A stretch of 64,000 nt of DNA. Source: an uncultured Litorivicinus sp. (lineage in GTDB: Bacteria > Pseudomonadota > Gammaproteobacteria > Pseudomonadales > Litorivicinaceae). The stretch covers positions 4,450-68,449 of the forward strand of contig CACECO010000008.1 in the NCBI GenBank assembly GCA_902558075.1, read 5' to 3'. Under the pieces are notes generated by a model. That model saw only the letters and a program-made list of their open reading frames with translations, ran no database searches and had not been told where the DNA came from. Both the position numbers and the translations under genes were made by a program. Shown here piece by piece: positions 52,131 through 61,643 of the stretch (position 1 is the stretch's first letter; each line of letters starts with the position of its first letter).

Positions 52131-53433
52131 ATGGTTAAATAAATACGTAACAGATAATCAGCGTGTTGCATTAGCCGCGAGCGCCCTTCTGCTATGCTTG
52201 TTTGCAAATATTGTAGATCCGGTCACCACTGAAGATAACAAGATCTTTTTCTCTTTAACTGTTGAATTACTTGGATTTTTTTCATCAATATCTTTAATAA
52301 CATTGGGCGTAAATGCTCTACGTAAAAACAGATTCAAGCAAGAACGTGACCTTCCGGTAAAATTATTTGTGGTGGGGCTCTCGACTTGGATTCTGTATTG
52401 TTTGGTTGGTATTTATTCAAATTTCGAAACGTCACAGGTATCAATAGCACGATCTTTAGAGGATGCATATATAGGTTACTTATCGCTCATCTCGATTAGT
52501 CTTTTCATATTGACCTCACTCGGGCCTCGCGATATCCAAAAAGGTTTTTTGGTAAGTACTTTTTGCTTCGCCGGTCTGATATTACTTGTCTCACTTTATA
52601 CATCAAGACATGTTTTGTGGAGTGAATCCATGAGCTGGTACGGAATTTTCACCCGTACCGACATCTCTCAGGGTTACCAGATCTCGCGGGCTTCTGGTCT
52701 GGCTCGAATGCTGGCCATTCTCCTATTTTTCTCGTTTGCTGCATTGTTTGTACGATTTACTGGCAAACAGACTTACCAATTCAATTTTATTGATATGTTG
52801 CTTGCAGGTGCATTGGTTATTCTTGCTGGCTTGATAATTCTACTTCAGTCCCGTGGTGCAATAATTGCAGCATTCTTCGCTATAATTTCCTTCATTTCAA
52901 TCCTCATTTTTCGAAAATATGAAAAATATAAATTAATCATAGTAGCTGCCACATTCGTACTAATATTAATTGGAATCTCTTCGGCAGATCTCCTATTTGT
53001 ACCTCGTTTTGGTAATAGTGGTTTTTTCCAGGGTTGGAGTGGAAGGGGAGAGATTTGGCGACTTATTGTAACCGGTCAAGAGGGTCAGTTATTGGGTTGT
53101 GGATTTCAGTGCGACCGAGTGTTAGCCGGACAAAGTGCATCGAATGGAGTGATGTACGCATTTGCGACTGGCGGTTTGGTAGGACTGGGTTCTGTCCTAG
53201 TAATCTATTTATTGATCTTATTTTTATGGGTTGCATCCGCCTTCAAGATAACCAAGTTTAATATCGTAAATTTATTTAGTTTTTTAGCTATTCCATTTCT
53301 GCTACTGCGAACCATTCCAGAATCTGGGTTTCTTGTATTTGGATTCGATCAAATTGTGCTATCAGTAGCTACTGGTACTTTATTTGGTTCGTATTATTTT
53401 CAAGATCATAGAACCGCAGGGCGTAGAGTATGA
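52099..53433 (+). CDS. Wzy/O-antigen ligase-like polytopic membrane protein
   Basis: Many TM helices; LQSRGA, SGRGEIW, LGCGFQCDR, SNG; start uncertain. Confidence 0.72.
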   Translation: MNGFARASKTEWLNKYVTDNQRVALAASALLLCLFANIVDPVTTEDNKIFFSLTVELLGFFSSISLITLGVNALRKNRFKQERDLPVKLFVVGLSTWILYCLVGIYSNFETSQVSIARSLEDAYIGYLSLISISLFILTSLGPRDIQKGFLVSTFCFAGLILLVSLYTSRHVLWSESMSWYGIFTRTDISQGYQISRASGLARMLAILLFFSFAALFVRFTGKQTYQFNFIDMLLAGALVILAGLIILLQSRGAIIAAFFAIISFISILIFRKYEKYKLIIVAATFVLILIGISSADLLFVPRFGNSGFFQGWSGRGEIWRLIVTGQEGQLLGCGFQCDRVLAGQSASNGVMYAFATGGLVGLGSVLVIYLLILFLWVASAFKITKFNIVNLFSFLAIPFLLLRTIPESGFLVFGFDQIVLSVATGTLFGSYYFQDHRTAGRRV

Positions 53434-54560
53434 GAATTCTAATCGATGCCTGCTGTGGAACCTCTGGTGGTGGCTATGATTACACGTTAAAGCTACTCAC
53501 TAATACGAACTGTATTGATAACAGTATCATTTTCGCGGAGGATAAAACGTTAATCGAGTTAGTTAATAGAAAAATTCAAGACGAAAGTCTGAATGTGATA
53601 GTAAAACGCCGAAATCGTGTATTTGATCATTACGGAACTGAGGATTTATGGAGAATAGTAGTCATTCCGGTCTTGGTTCTAATTTATCGGCCCAAATTGT
53701 TTTTATCAATATCAGGCGTTGTTTCTCCATTCCTTTTTAATGTTAAAAAAATATCAATGATTCATAACATTTTACCGTTTCAGCAAAAATTCGACGAAGG
53801 GTGGACGGTACTAGATCGGATTATATTTTGGTATAGAAGACTATTATTGGAAATGTCAATGCATATTTCTGATCGGATAATAACATTTTCACAAGATTCT
53901 CGAGATCAGCTAAGCGCTTTTGTAAAAAAAGAAAAGATCTTTTATGCCCACCATACAAGCAAATTCTTATCAAACAAATTTTGTGAAAAAAAACAGATCG
54001 CTAACGATCAATCGATAAAACAGATAAATATTTTTGTAAATAGCTCATGTATGCCCCATAAAAATTTGAAAAATATGTTGAAGGGTATTATTTTGTTTAG
54101 CGGTGTAGCCGGTCGAAAAATTTCGGTAAGAGTTGCCGGTAGCGTAGATAATCACCGGTATGTACAGAGCATTGACCATTGGTGGAGTTCGTTGAATGTC
54201 ACCGAGGTGGTAGAATTCGAGTTTGTGGGCTATTTAGATGATTCCAAACTTGAAGGGTTTTATCGTCAGGCGGATGTATGTGTGGCCCCTTCGGTAGTTG
54301 AAATTTTCGATATCGGTTGTTTGGATAGTTTAATTCTGTGTGGGCGGGTTTGTGTTTCAGATACCAATGTCCATCGAGAGCTTTTTGACTATCTTAGTGG
54401 AATTTCGTTCTTTGATCCGTTTGATCCGCTTAGTTTGTGCTTTGCCTTGAGAGATTGTTTGTGTGTGGATCGTTGTGATCATTTAGAAATACTCGATAGA
54501 TTTTCGGATTGGACGAAAGTGACAGAAGCCAATTGGGAACTGATTTACGATGACATTTAA
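53430..54560 (+). CDS. GT4 glycosyltransferase
   Basis: SGGG, PHKN, VAPSVVEIFD..LDS. Confidence 0.75.
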   Translation: MRILIDACCGTSGGGYDYTLKLLTNTNCIDNSIIFAEDKTLIELVNRKIQDESLNVIVKRRNRVFDHYGTEDLWRIVVIPVLVLIYRPKLFLSISGVVSPFLFNVKKISMIHNILPFQQKFDEGWTVLDRIIFWYRRLLLEMSMHISDRIITFSQDSRDQLSAFVKKEKIFYAHHTSKFLSNKFCEKKQIANDQSIKQINIFVNSSCMPHKNLKNMLKGIILFSGVAGRKISVRVAGSVDNHRYVQSIDHWWSSLNVTEVVEFEFVGYLDDSKLEGFYRQADVCVAPSVVEIFDIGCLDSLILCGRVCVSDTNVHRELFDYLSGISFFDPFDPLSLCFALRDCLCVDRCDHLEILDRFSDWTKVTEANWELIYDDI

Positions 54561-55263
54561 GTTTTCCAATCAAAAGTATCCAGCTCTTGTCGAAGCGCTA
54601 GCGCTGCGTGCGGTCGAGCCTAAGGCTTTAGTTGTTGATTTTTTGAATATACATGGATTTAGCCTGATGTTGAGCGATGTTAAATTTGAGAGGATCCAGG
54701 CAAGCGTTGACTATTTTATCAGAGACGGAGTGGGTCTCAAGATTTTTGGTCGATTTCTGCCAATTGAAAATTTAGGGATAAGAATTCCCGGGCCCTTTTT
54801 CTTTGAAAAATTTCTGAGTGAAAATTCAACCAAGAGACATGTATTTTTGGGTGGAAATCACCAGACTCAAGGAATTTTTGAAGTTCGTTATGGATCTCGT
54901 GACAATTTTGCAGTCATACCAGTTCCTTTGTTAGATGGTAGTGAGTGGTCTATTAATAACTTCGCGGAGGAAGTTTCGCCTAGGGTAGCCGCATTCGATG
55001 CTGATTTTATCTGGCTGGGGCTGGGTTGCCCTAAACAAAATATTCTGGCGGCTGCGCTCAAGCAGAAATTATCGCGTGGAGTAATTTTTTGCGTGGGAGC
55101 AGCGTTCGATTACCATGCAGGGACAGTCCCTCAATGCCCAGGAATGATTCGATGGCTGGGGATTGAATCCGTTTGGCGTTTGAGTCTGGATCCAAAGAAA
55201 ATAGGAACTCGGCTTATTGTCAGTATCAAAATCTTGTTAAAACACCTTTCGGTATGGCGTTAA
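54550..55263 (+). CDS. WecB/TagA/CpsF (GT26) glycosyltransferase
   Basis: RDG, RIPGP, FLGG, WLGLGCPKQ, VGAAFD. Confidence 0.9.
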   Translation: MTFKFSNQKYPALVEALALRAVEPKALVVDFLNIHGFSLMLSDVKFERIQASVDYFIRDGVGLKIFGRFLPIENLGIRIPGPFFFEKFLSENSTKRHVFLGGNHQTQGIFEVRYGSRDNFAVIPVPLLDGSEWSINNFAEEVSPRVAAFDADFIWLGLGCPKQNILAAALKQKLSRGVIFCVGAAFDYHAGTVPQCPGMIRWLGIESVWRLSLDPKKIGTRLIVSIKILLKHLSVWR

Positions 55264-56489
55264 CCCTTGGTTTTATCGGTTTTGAGGTAGATGAGTTTTC
55301 GGGTTCGGAAGGCGGGGTTGGCTACCAATGGTTGCGAGCTGCGTCATCTGTTTGTGATCAGGTTACGGTTTTCACGCGGGCTGATCTTAGCGGGCCGAGT
55401 TTAATCTCTATCACAGAGTTACCAAACGTCACCGCTGTTTTGATTCCACCACCGTTGATTATTGCTAAAAACAAAAAACCTAAGGTCTTAGAAATAGGTA
55501 TCTTCAGATATGTTCTTAATATTGGATATCGGATTTGGTTGCGTCGAGTGGCTTCACACATTGAGCTGTCAAATTTTGAGTTCGATTTAATTCATTACTG
55601 CACTTATGTTGGTTATAGATTTAGAACTGGTTTGGAATCAGGCAGTACACCGATATTAAGAGGGCCGGTAGGTGGACTTGAAAATAGTAGATTGGACAGG
55701 GCGCTGTCGGTTGGATTTGGTACCTTCTTTGGGTTACTTATTAGAAATATATTTAACTCTTTTGATCGAAGTTTCTCAATTGAGTCAAAGGACGCGATGG
55801 CAGGCCAGCAAGTTGTTCGGGTTATAAGTGCACACCAGGGAATTCAATCTATTTTGTATGATCGATTCGGTATTCGTTCAGCTTGTTTTCCTGAAAGTCC
55901 TGCGATTAACGTTGGACCATCGAAAGCCGCGGCTGATCGCCAATACAACTGTGTAGTAGTATGGAATGGCTCGCCTCAAAAAAGAATTACGCTAGTTGCT
56001 TGGGCAGTTCTTTTAGCGAAGAGCAACATCTGTTTGGACGTATTTGGTCCGCCGATCACACAAGATGACCTTCCTCGAGAGGCGCGAGCATTATTTTCGA
56101 ATGAAAAAATTAGGTGCCATGGTTTTGTTGAGAGATCTACGCTGATAGAGTTTATGAGTAAATCAACCTTTTTTGCGACTTTTTCATTAAAGGATTTATC
56201 TAGTGTCTCGTTGATAGAAGCTCTTAGTGTTGGCGCTATACCGGTTGTTAGTGACGATAACGGGTTTAAATATTTGGTAGACCATAATCGTGGCGCTATA
56301 TTTTCTGCTAATGGAGGATTCGCTCTGGCTCTAGAAGCATCTCATTTTTTTGACTTGCTATTTGATATGCATTCGCTTCGAGATTTTATGCATCTGAAAA
56401 ATTCACAGTGGATAGCTGACGAATTTTCTAATGAAAAGTTAGTTCAATTTTTGAGGAATCAATATTATGAAGCCGTCAGTAAGGAATAA
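55254..56489 (+). CDS. GT4 glycosyltransferase
   Basis: GSEGGVGYQW, GPVGG, SLKD..SLIEALSVG. Confidence 0.75.
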   Translation: MALTLGFIGFEVDEFSGSEGGVGYQWLRAASSVCDQVTVFTRADLSGPSLISITELPNVTAVLIPPPLIIAKNKKPKVLEIGIFRYVLNIGYRIWLRRVASHIELSNFEFDLIHYCTYVGYRFRTGLESGSTPILRGPVGGLENSRLDRALSVGFGTFFGLLIRNIFNSFDRSFSIESKDAMAGQQVVRVISAHQGIQSILYDRFGIRSACFPESPAINVGPSKAAADRQYNCVVVWNGSPQKRITLVAWAVLLAKSNICLDVFGPPITQDDLPREARALFSNEKIRCHGFVERSTLIEFMSKSTFFATFSLKDLSSVSLIEALSVGAIPVVSDDNGFKYLVDHNRGAIFSANGGFALALEASHFFDLLFDMHSLRDFMHLKNSQWIADEFSNEKLVQFLRNQYYEAVSKE

Positions 56490-57465
56490 TATTCAATATG
56501 GGGTTGTTATTCCCTCAAAAAATAGATTTCCTTATGTAATCAAAACGCTTTCGCGCCTCCAAAATTCAAAAAATCCTCCTACAGTGGTCGCGATTATTGA
56601 TTCAAGCGCTAATGCCATTGAATTGGGAGACCAGGTAAAGAGTTTAATTCCTGAACCCAAATTTAAGATTAGTTGGTTGTTTTCTCCAAAGAGTGGAACT
56701 GCTGTGCAGCGGAACACTGGAATAGAATACTTGAAAACTAATTTCCCAGATCTTGAGTGGGTTATGTTGCTCGACGATGATCTTATCTTTGAGGATGGCT
56801 TTTTCAATAACATCGACTTCCGTAGTTTAGATAAGTCGGCTTTGTGGTTCGCTTTGCCAACGGATAGCCGGGCTGAAATGAAAAATAGAAAAGAGGAAGG
56901 TGCAGCAAAAAAAATATGTAAGGCACTGGGGTTATACCCAAATCCAGGTAGGATAGCTGCCAGTGGATTTCATGCTTCTCTTAATTTCGATGCCGACATT
57001 GACTTTGATATCGAATGGGCTCCGTCGGCTCTGATGGTCTTTCATATAGGTCAAGATTCTATTTTTCCGAGCCGACCTTTTTCCGAAAATTTTGGAGGAT
57101 ATGGCTATCTCGAGGATTTGGAAATGAGCCTGCGGATGCGGAATAGTGGGATCGGTTTACGGTTACTGGATATTAGAATTGAGCATCCAACGATACTGAG
57201 AGATTCTTTTATTTTTGGAAAAATCGAGGTCGTCAATAGAGCGAAAATATTGAAGGCCATGAAAAATGGTTCGGTAGTCATGTTTTTAACCATGATTAGT
57301 TTGAGAATATTAAAAAGTTTGTGGGAAGGTCTTCATGGAAGGATCGGCATTACGAGATTCTTCGGTAGTCTTTACGGATTCTTTTTGGTTATTGTTGATC
57401 TTGGGATAGGCTTGATTAACGGTGAGGACAGAAAAAATGGTGATAGCGGCGCTACTTATCGGTAG
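56467..57465 (+). CDS. GT2 glycosyltransferase
   Basis: VVIPSKNR, IIDSS, QRNTG, LLDDD, YLEDLE. Confidence 0.83.
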   Translation: MKPSVRNNIQYGVVIPSKNRFPYVIKTLSRLQNSKNPPTVVAIIDSSANAIELGDQVKSLIPEPKFKISWLFSPKSGTAVQRNTGIEYLKTNFPDLEWVMLLDDDLIFEDGFFNNIDFRSLDKSALWFALPTDSRAEMKNRKEEGAAKKICKALGLYPNPGRIAASGFHASLNFDADIDFDIEWAPSALMVFHIGQDSIFPSRPFSENFGGYGYLEDLEMSLRMRNSGIGLRLLDIRIEHPTILRDSFIFGKIEVVNRAKILKAMKNGSVVMFLTMISLRILKSLWEGLHGRIGITRFFGSLYGFFLVIVDLGIGLINGEDRKNGDSGATYR

Positions 57466-58165
57466 AAAAGGTTCTAAAGGACTCTCTGGAAAAAATACGC
57501 GTATTCTCGGAGGGTATCCCTGTTTCGAATGGCCCATGAGAGCTGTGACCCAGGTACAAGGTATTTCCAGTTATTGGATGAATACTGACTGTGAAATCAT
57601 GAAGCAGAAGGCTGAAGAACAAGACTGGCAGATCATATCGCGACCAGTTGAGCTGGCGACTGACGGAGCGTTAGCGGAGGATGTTTTTGTCCAGTCTTTA
57701 GCGACTATGCGTGCTAGTAACGTGGATCCAGATATCTTGGTGTTGCTAATGGCTAACGCTCCCACTATTAATTCAAAGTTGATTAATGACGGGATAAAAA
57801 TCCTGTTAGATGATCCGGATGCTGACTCCGCAGTAAGTTGCTCTCGATATAATATGTGGAGTCCGTTGAGAGCAAGGATATTGGACTCACACGGATATCT
57901 GCAGCCTTATCTTCCTTTTGATCAACATCCAAATTCGCTCGAGTTATCTTGTGATAGAGATAGTCAAGGGGATGTATGGTTTGCAGATATGGGTGTGTCG
58001 ATTGTACGTTCGATCAATATTGACAATCTAGACAGCGGGTTATTACCTCAAAAATGGATGGGGCAAAAAATTGTTCCGATAGCAAACGAGGGTGGATTAG
58101 ATATTGATTATGAATGGCAATGCGGACAAGCTGAGTGGTGGGTAAATAAACTTGGTACCGTATGA
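57437..58165 (+). CDS. Cytidylyltransferase (NeuA/KdsB/SpsF superfamily)
   Basis: GRKGSKGLSGKN, TD, RPVELATD, ANAP, LDIDYEWQ. Confidence 0.85.
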   Translation: MVIAALLIGRKGSKGLSGKNTRILGGYPCFEWPMRAVTQVQGISSYWMNTDCEIMKQKAEEQDWQIISRPVELATDGALAEDVFVQSLATMRASNVDPDILVLLMANAPTINSKLINDGIKILLDDPDADSAVSCSRYNMWSPLRARILDSHGYLQPYLPFDQHPNSLELSCDRDSQGDVWFADMGVSIVRSINIDNLDSGLLPQKWMGQKIVPIANEGGLDIDYEWQCGQAEWWVNKLGTV

Positions 58166-58988
58166 GTTTTCTATTTCGTCGCTGTTTTTGTCCAGAGGTT
58201 TTCCGGATCAGTGTGAAATCGAACAACTTGTTGATCTCGATATCACAAATATGGAAGTAGCTTTGAGTTCATGGCTGCCCGACTCGCCCGGGTTACGATC
58301 TGGCAAATTCGACCGCGAAATACTGCGCCGTCTAACCCGGATTAAATCGGGATTACACAAGAACGGGGTCAACGTAGTAGGTTTGCACTCTGTATTTTTT
58401 GAAGCTTGTGGTTTAAATGTATTTGATAAATGTGCAGATACCCTTGAGTTTCTCGTTTCGCGTATTCAATACTGTGATGAGTTAGGTGGTAGATTCTTGG
58501 TTATAGGATCACCTTCCGCCAGAAGAACAAAATTTGATCATGAATTGAGTTTAGCAAACTATCGCTGGCTTTTAGATGCAGCGCTGGAGCGCACAAAAGA
58601 GTCAAATGTTGTAATACTTACAGAAGCTCTTCCTATGTGTTCGGTCTTCCAGACAGCCTCGGATCTTATTTCATTATCCAAAAGTTACGAGAGTGACCGT
58701 ATTGGGATTCATCTTGACGTAAACTCGCTTCTTGCAGCTGGTGACATGGACTTTTTATTATCGGTTGACTTGCAGACATTTCGGCATGTCCATATCAACA
58801 CACTCGATTTTAGGCCTGTAGAAGTAGATGAGCGAAGATCTGAATTGGAAAAATTTTTTCGAATACTTCACAAACATGACTATAGTCGATTGCTAGGCCT
58901 TGAGTATGTGACCCCAGCCGGTTCTTCTCCCGATTTTGATTCGTTGTATTGGTCGACGGAATACTTGAGAGAACGAATGCCGAAATGA
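58152..58988 (+). CDS. Sugar-phosphate isomerase/epimerase (xylose isomerase-like TIM barrel)
   Basis: LVIGSPSARR, TEAL, HLD, HVH, LE metal ligands. Confidence 0.75.
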   Translation: MVPYEFSISSLFLSRGFPDQCEIEQLVDLDITNMEVALSSWLPDSPGLRSGKFDREILRRLTRIKSGLHKNGVNVVGLHSVFFEACGLNVFDKCADTLEFLVSRIQYCDELGGRFLVIGSPSARRTKFDHELSLANYRWLLDAALERTKESNVVILTEALPMCSVFQTASDLISLSKSYESDRIGIHLDVNSLLAAGDMDFLLSVDLQTFRHVHINTLDFRPVEVDERRSELEKFFRILHKHDYSRLLGLEYVTPAGSSPDFDSLYWSTEYLRERMPK

Positions 58989-59707
58989 TTATAGTCACAG
59001 GAGCACAGGGCGGCATCGGCACTGCATTGTTGAATGATCTTAAGAAACTTAATCAGCCTTGTTTAGCTATTACCACCTCTGAGATACCTAAAGATACCAA
59101 TGATTTAATTGAGTATGTTAGGGTCGCTAAATCAGGCGATGATCAGACATTATATGAAGAGTATCTGAACATATTTAAAAAGTATGGGTCTCAAACCACA
59201 GGGGTAGCTTTGCTTCATGGTGTAGTGTACTACGTTGACAGGGAAGACGGTTTTTTACAAACCTTTCGCAAAAATATAGAAGGCAACCTTCTACTCACTA
59301 ACGTGATCATACGAGCTTTCCTAGCATCGCGCGAGTTGAATGGAAAAAATACGCTATGTAGCGTTGTACTGGTGGGAACAGCGTCGGCAAATCGTGGTGG
59401 ACGAATCGACAGTAATCCTGGCTATGCTGTAGCAAAATACGCTTTGCAGAATCTCGTGAAGGCTTACGGCAAAAGTCACGCCGACACACTGTGCAGATTT
59501 AATTGTGTAGCACTCGGATTTATTGACTCTGGATTACATGGGAAAAATAACTCGATGTTTTCTTACACGGAGCGCGTATCATCTATTCCTATGGGTAGAG
59601 CGGGCTCGGTTACGGATGCATCGTCGGTGATACGGTTCTTATTATCTAGCGATAGCGAATTCATCAATGGACAGACCTTGAGTGTTGACGGCGGAGACTT
59701 TATCTGA
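58985..59707 (+). CDS. SDR oxidoreductase
   Basis: TGAQGGIG, YAVAK, NCVALGFIDS, IPMGR, INGQTLSVDGG. Confidence 0.87.
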   Translation: MIIVTGAQGGIGTALLNDLKKLNQPCLAITTSEIPKDTNDLIEYVRVAKSGDDQTLYEEYLNIFKKYGSQTTGVALLHGVVYYVDREDGFLQTFRKNIEGNLLLTNVIIRAFLASRELNGKNTLCSVVLVGTASANRGGRIDSNPGYAVAKYALQNLVKAYGKSHADTLCRFNCVALGFIDSGLHGKNNSMFSYTERVSSIPMGRAGSVTDASSVIRFLLSSDSEFINGQTLSVDGGDFI

Positions 59708-60858
59708 TGGCAAAACCCTACAAGAAGCATAACTCTTTCAGTGCGGTAGGAGGATCTGATCTTGCTTCCGTAAAACTTTCAGTCAAGAAAAAAATACAAA
59801 ATTTAGCCCAAGGTTTTGGTTTAATAAATCAAACCGCATACTCTGATATTTTGGAAAAGGCAATAGTTGAGTTAGAAAGGGCCTCAAATCAGAATGATTT
59901 CCAAAGCGATATCTTCAATTCTTTTGATTTATTTGAGCTGGACCGGCTTCCAAAAGATCTGTGGGCGAGATATCTGATTTATCGATATAAGTATGTAGTT
60001 TTCCCCAAAACGCGACAGTTAGATGCTTTCCCGCCATGTGTTCAGATCGAGCCGACATCTATTTGTAATTTGCGTTGTAAATTCTGTTATCAAGTAGATG
60101 ACAAATTATCCAACAAGGCAAACGGCCATATGGGTCAAATGACGCTTGATCTGTTCAAGTCTGTGGTTGATCAACTCGAAGGTAATGTTGACGCTGTAAC
60201 CCTAGCCAGCCGCGGTGAACCGACATTAGCAAAAAGCTTTCCGGATATGATGAATTATTTAAAAGGTAAATTTGTCGGACTTAAAATAAACACTAATGCG
60301 ACTCGACTGAAAGAGCCAATTATCGAGAGTATATTAGATGCGGAGCCGGCTGTACTCGTTTTTTCGATGGACTCAGCCAATGAAGCTGAATACGAGTCCA
60401 TGCGGGTAAATGCTAAATTCACCCACGTTGTGGAAAATATAAAGAGAGTAGTCGACATTAAGCAGACCAATTTTACCAACTCAAGAACGATACTTAGAGT
60501 ATCTGGGGTAAATTATGAGGGCAATGATCTGGGGTATAGCTCGCTGGAAAATTGTTTTGGTGGGTCACTAGATCAGATTGCGCTGGTTGAGATGGTTCCG
60601 TGGATAGACCCATACAATTCTGAACTCAGTGGAGTACAAGAACCTTGCTCTGATTTGTGGAGACGGATGTTTATTTGGTGGGATGGTAGTGTGGGTGTTT
60701 GCGACGTAGATTATTTACAAAGTATTAAAATCGGTAACGTCCGAAATACTGGTAAAACTGTTTCGCAGTTATGGTTAAGTGAGGAATATACCAACCTTCG
60801 AGCGAGTCACATAGCAGCAGAGCGCGCCGGAGTCTGTGCTAGTTGTCAAGTGTGCTGA
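59707..60858 (+). CDS. Radical SAM protein with SPASM/twitch domain
   Basis: CNLRCKFC, RGEP, NTN; C-terminal CSDLW..WDGSVGVC..CASCQVC. Confidence 0.92.
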   Translation: MAKPYKKHNSFSAVGGSDLASVKLSVKKKIQNLAQGFGLINQTAYSDILEKAIVELERASNQNDFQSDIFNSFDLFELDRLPKDLWARYLIYRYKYVVFPKTRQLDAFPPCVQIEPTSICNLRCKFCYQVDDKLSNKANGHMGQMTLDLFKSVVDQLEGNVDAVTLASRGEPTLAKSFPDMMNYLKGKFVGLKINTNATRLKEPIIESILDAEPAVLVFSMDSANEAEYESMRVNAKFTHVVENIKRVVDIKQTNFTNSRTILRVSGVNYEGNDLGYSSLENCFGGSLDQIALVEMVPWIDPYNSELSGVQEPCSDLWRRMFIWWDGSVGVCDVDYLQSIKIGNVRNTGKTVSQLWLSEEYTNLRASHIAAERAGVCASCQVC

Positions 60859-60860
60859 GG

Positions 60861-61643
60861 TTAAGCGCCTAAAACGTCGTCAATCAACCGGCAGTAAGTT
60901 TCATCGATTTCTAAACGATAGTGGATTATGTCTTTAATGACAGAGGTAGATTTGTCAATAGATGCATTGAGATGTTTTATGTTTATATCACGGTTAGTCA
61001 TTAGTAAAATTTTTTTTGATATACGATGTAAACTTAAATTAATGTCATGGAAGTTAAATAGCCATAATTGAAGATTTTTCTTGTTTTGAATAATAGTAAG
61101 CGGTCCTTCTAACAGTGTTTCGAAGTCATCGTTTTTAAAAATTATAGATATTTGCTTTTCAATCCAGCCACTCTTTTCATTTTTATAAAATGGTAGTTTC
61201 TCTAAAAAGAAATCGCTTATTTCCGTTTCACTATGCCTAGGAAAATCAAGATACCAAGGTGAGGTATAGTTTGAAATATTTTGACAAAAATCTGAAATTG
61301 CTTGATCGAGAATTGGTCGTTTGCCTGAAATTGCGATAATTTTTGTGCTAGTTCTAAAATACGTATAAAAGAAATAAAATCCTTCTGCGAATAGATGCGA
61401 GTGTGTATGAAAAACAGGTATATTGCACTCCGCGAGTGCATAGTATAAAGAAGCGGTCCCAACTTTACCAGGCGTGTAAATCAGAAATAATACTTTCGTT
61501 TTCGGCATTTTCTTAGCGATAAGAAAACCTTTAACGAAATATCGAAAATTAATGAGAGGGCCTAGGTATTTGTTGACCCTAAAAAGCTTCAAGGCTAGAC
61601 TAATGCGTTGCTTATATTCTCCGGTTCTAATCAAATGAATCAT
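60861..61643 (-). CDS. Sulfotransferase-like P-loop protein (putative capsular polysaccharide synthesis family)
   Basis: IYTPGKVGTASL, HTH, IIAISGKRPI..ISDFCQN, LNAS..K; start uncertain (61508, 61643 or 61730). Confidence 0.6.
   Translation of the reverse strand: MIHLIRTGEYKQRISLALKLFRVNKYLGPLINFRYFVKGFLIAKKMPKTKVLFLIYTPGKVGTASLYYALAECNIPVFHTHSHLFAEGFYFFYTYFRTSTKIIAISGKRPILDQAISDFCQNISNYTSPWYLDFPRHSETEISDFFLEKLPFYKNEKSGWIEKQISIIFKNDDFETLLEGPLTIIQNKKNLQLWLFNFHDINLSLHRISKKILLMTNRDINIKHLNASIDKSTSVIKDIIHYRLEIDETYCRLIDDVLGA

Noticed and set aside
59707-60858. RiPP cluster around the SPASM enzyme
   Set aside because: No precursor ORF, peptidase or PqqD-like domain seen; all neighbours are sugar enzymes
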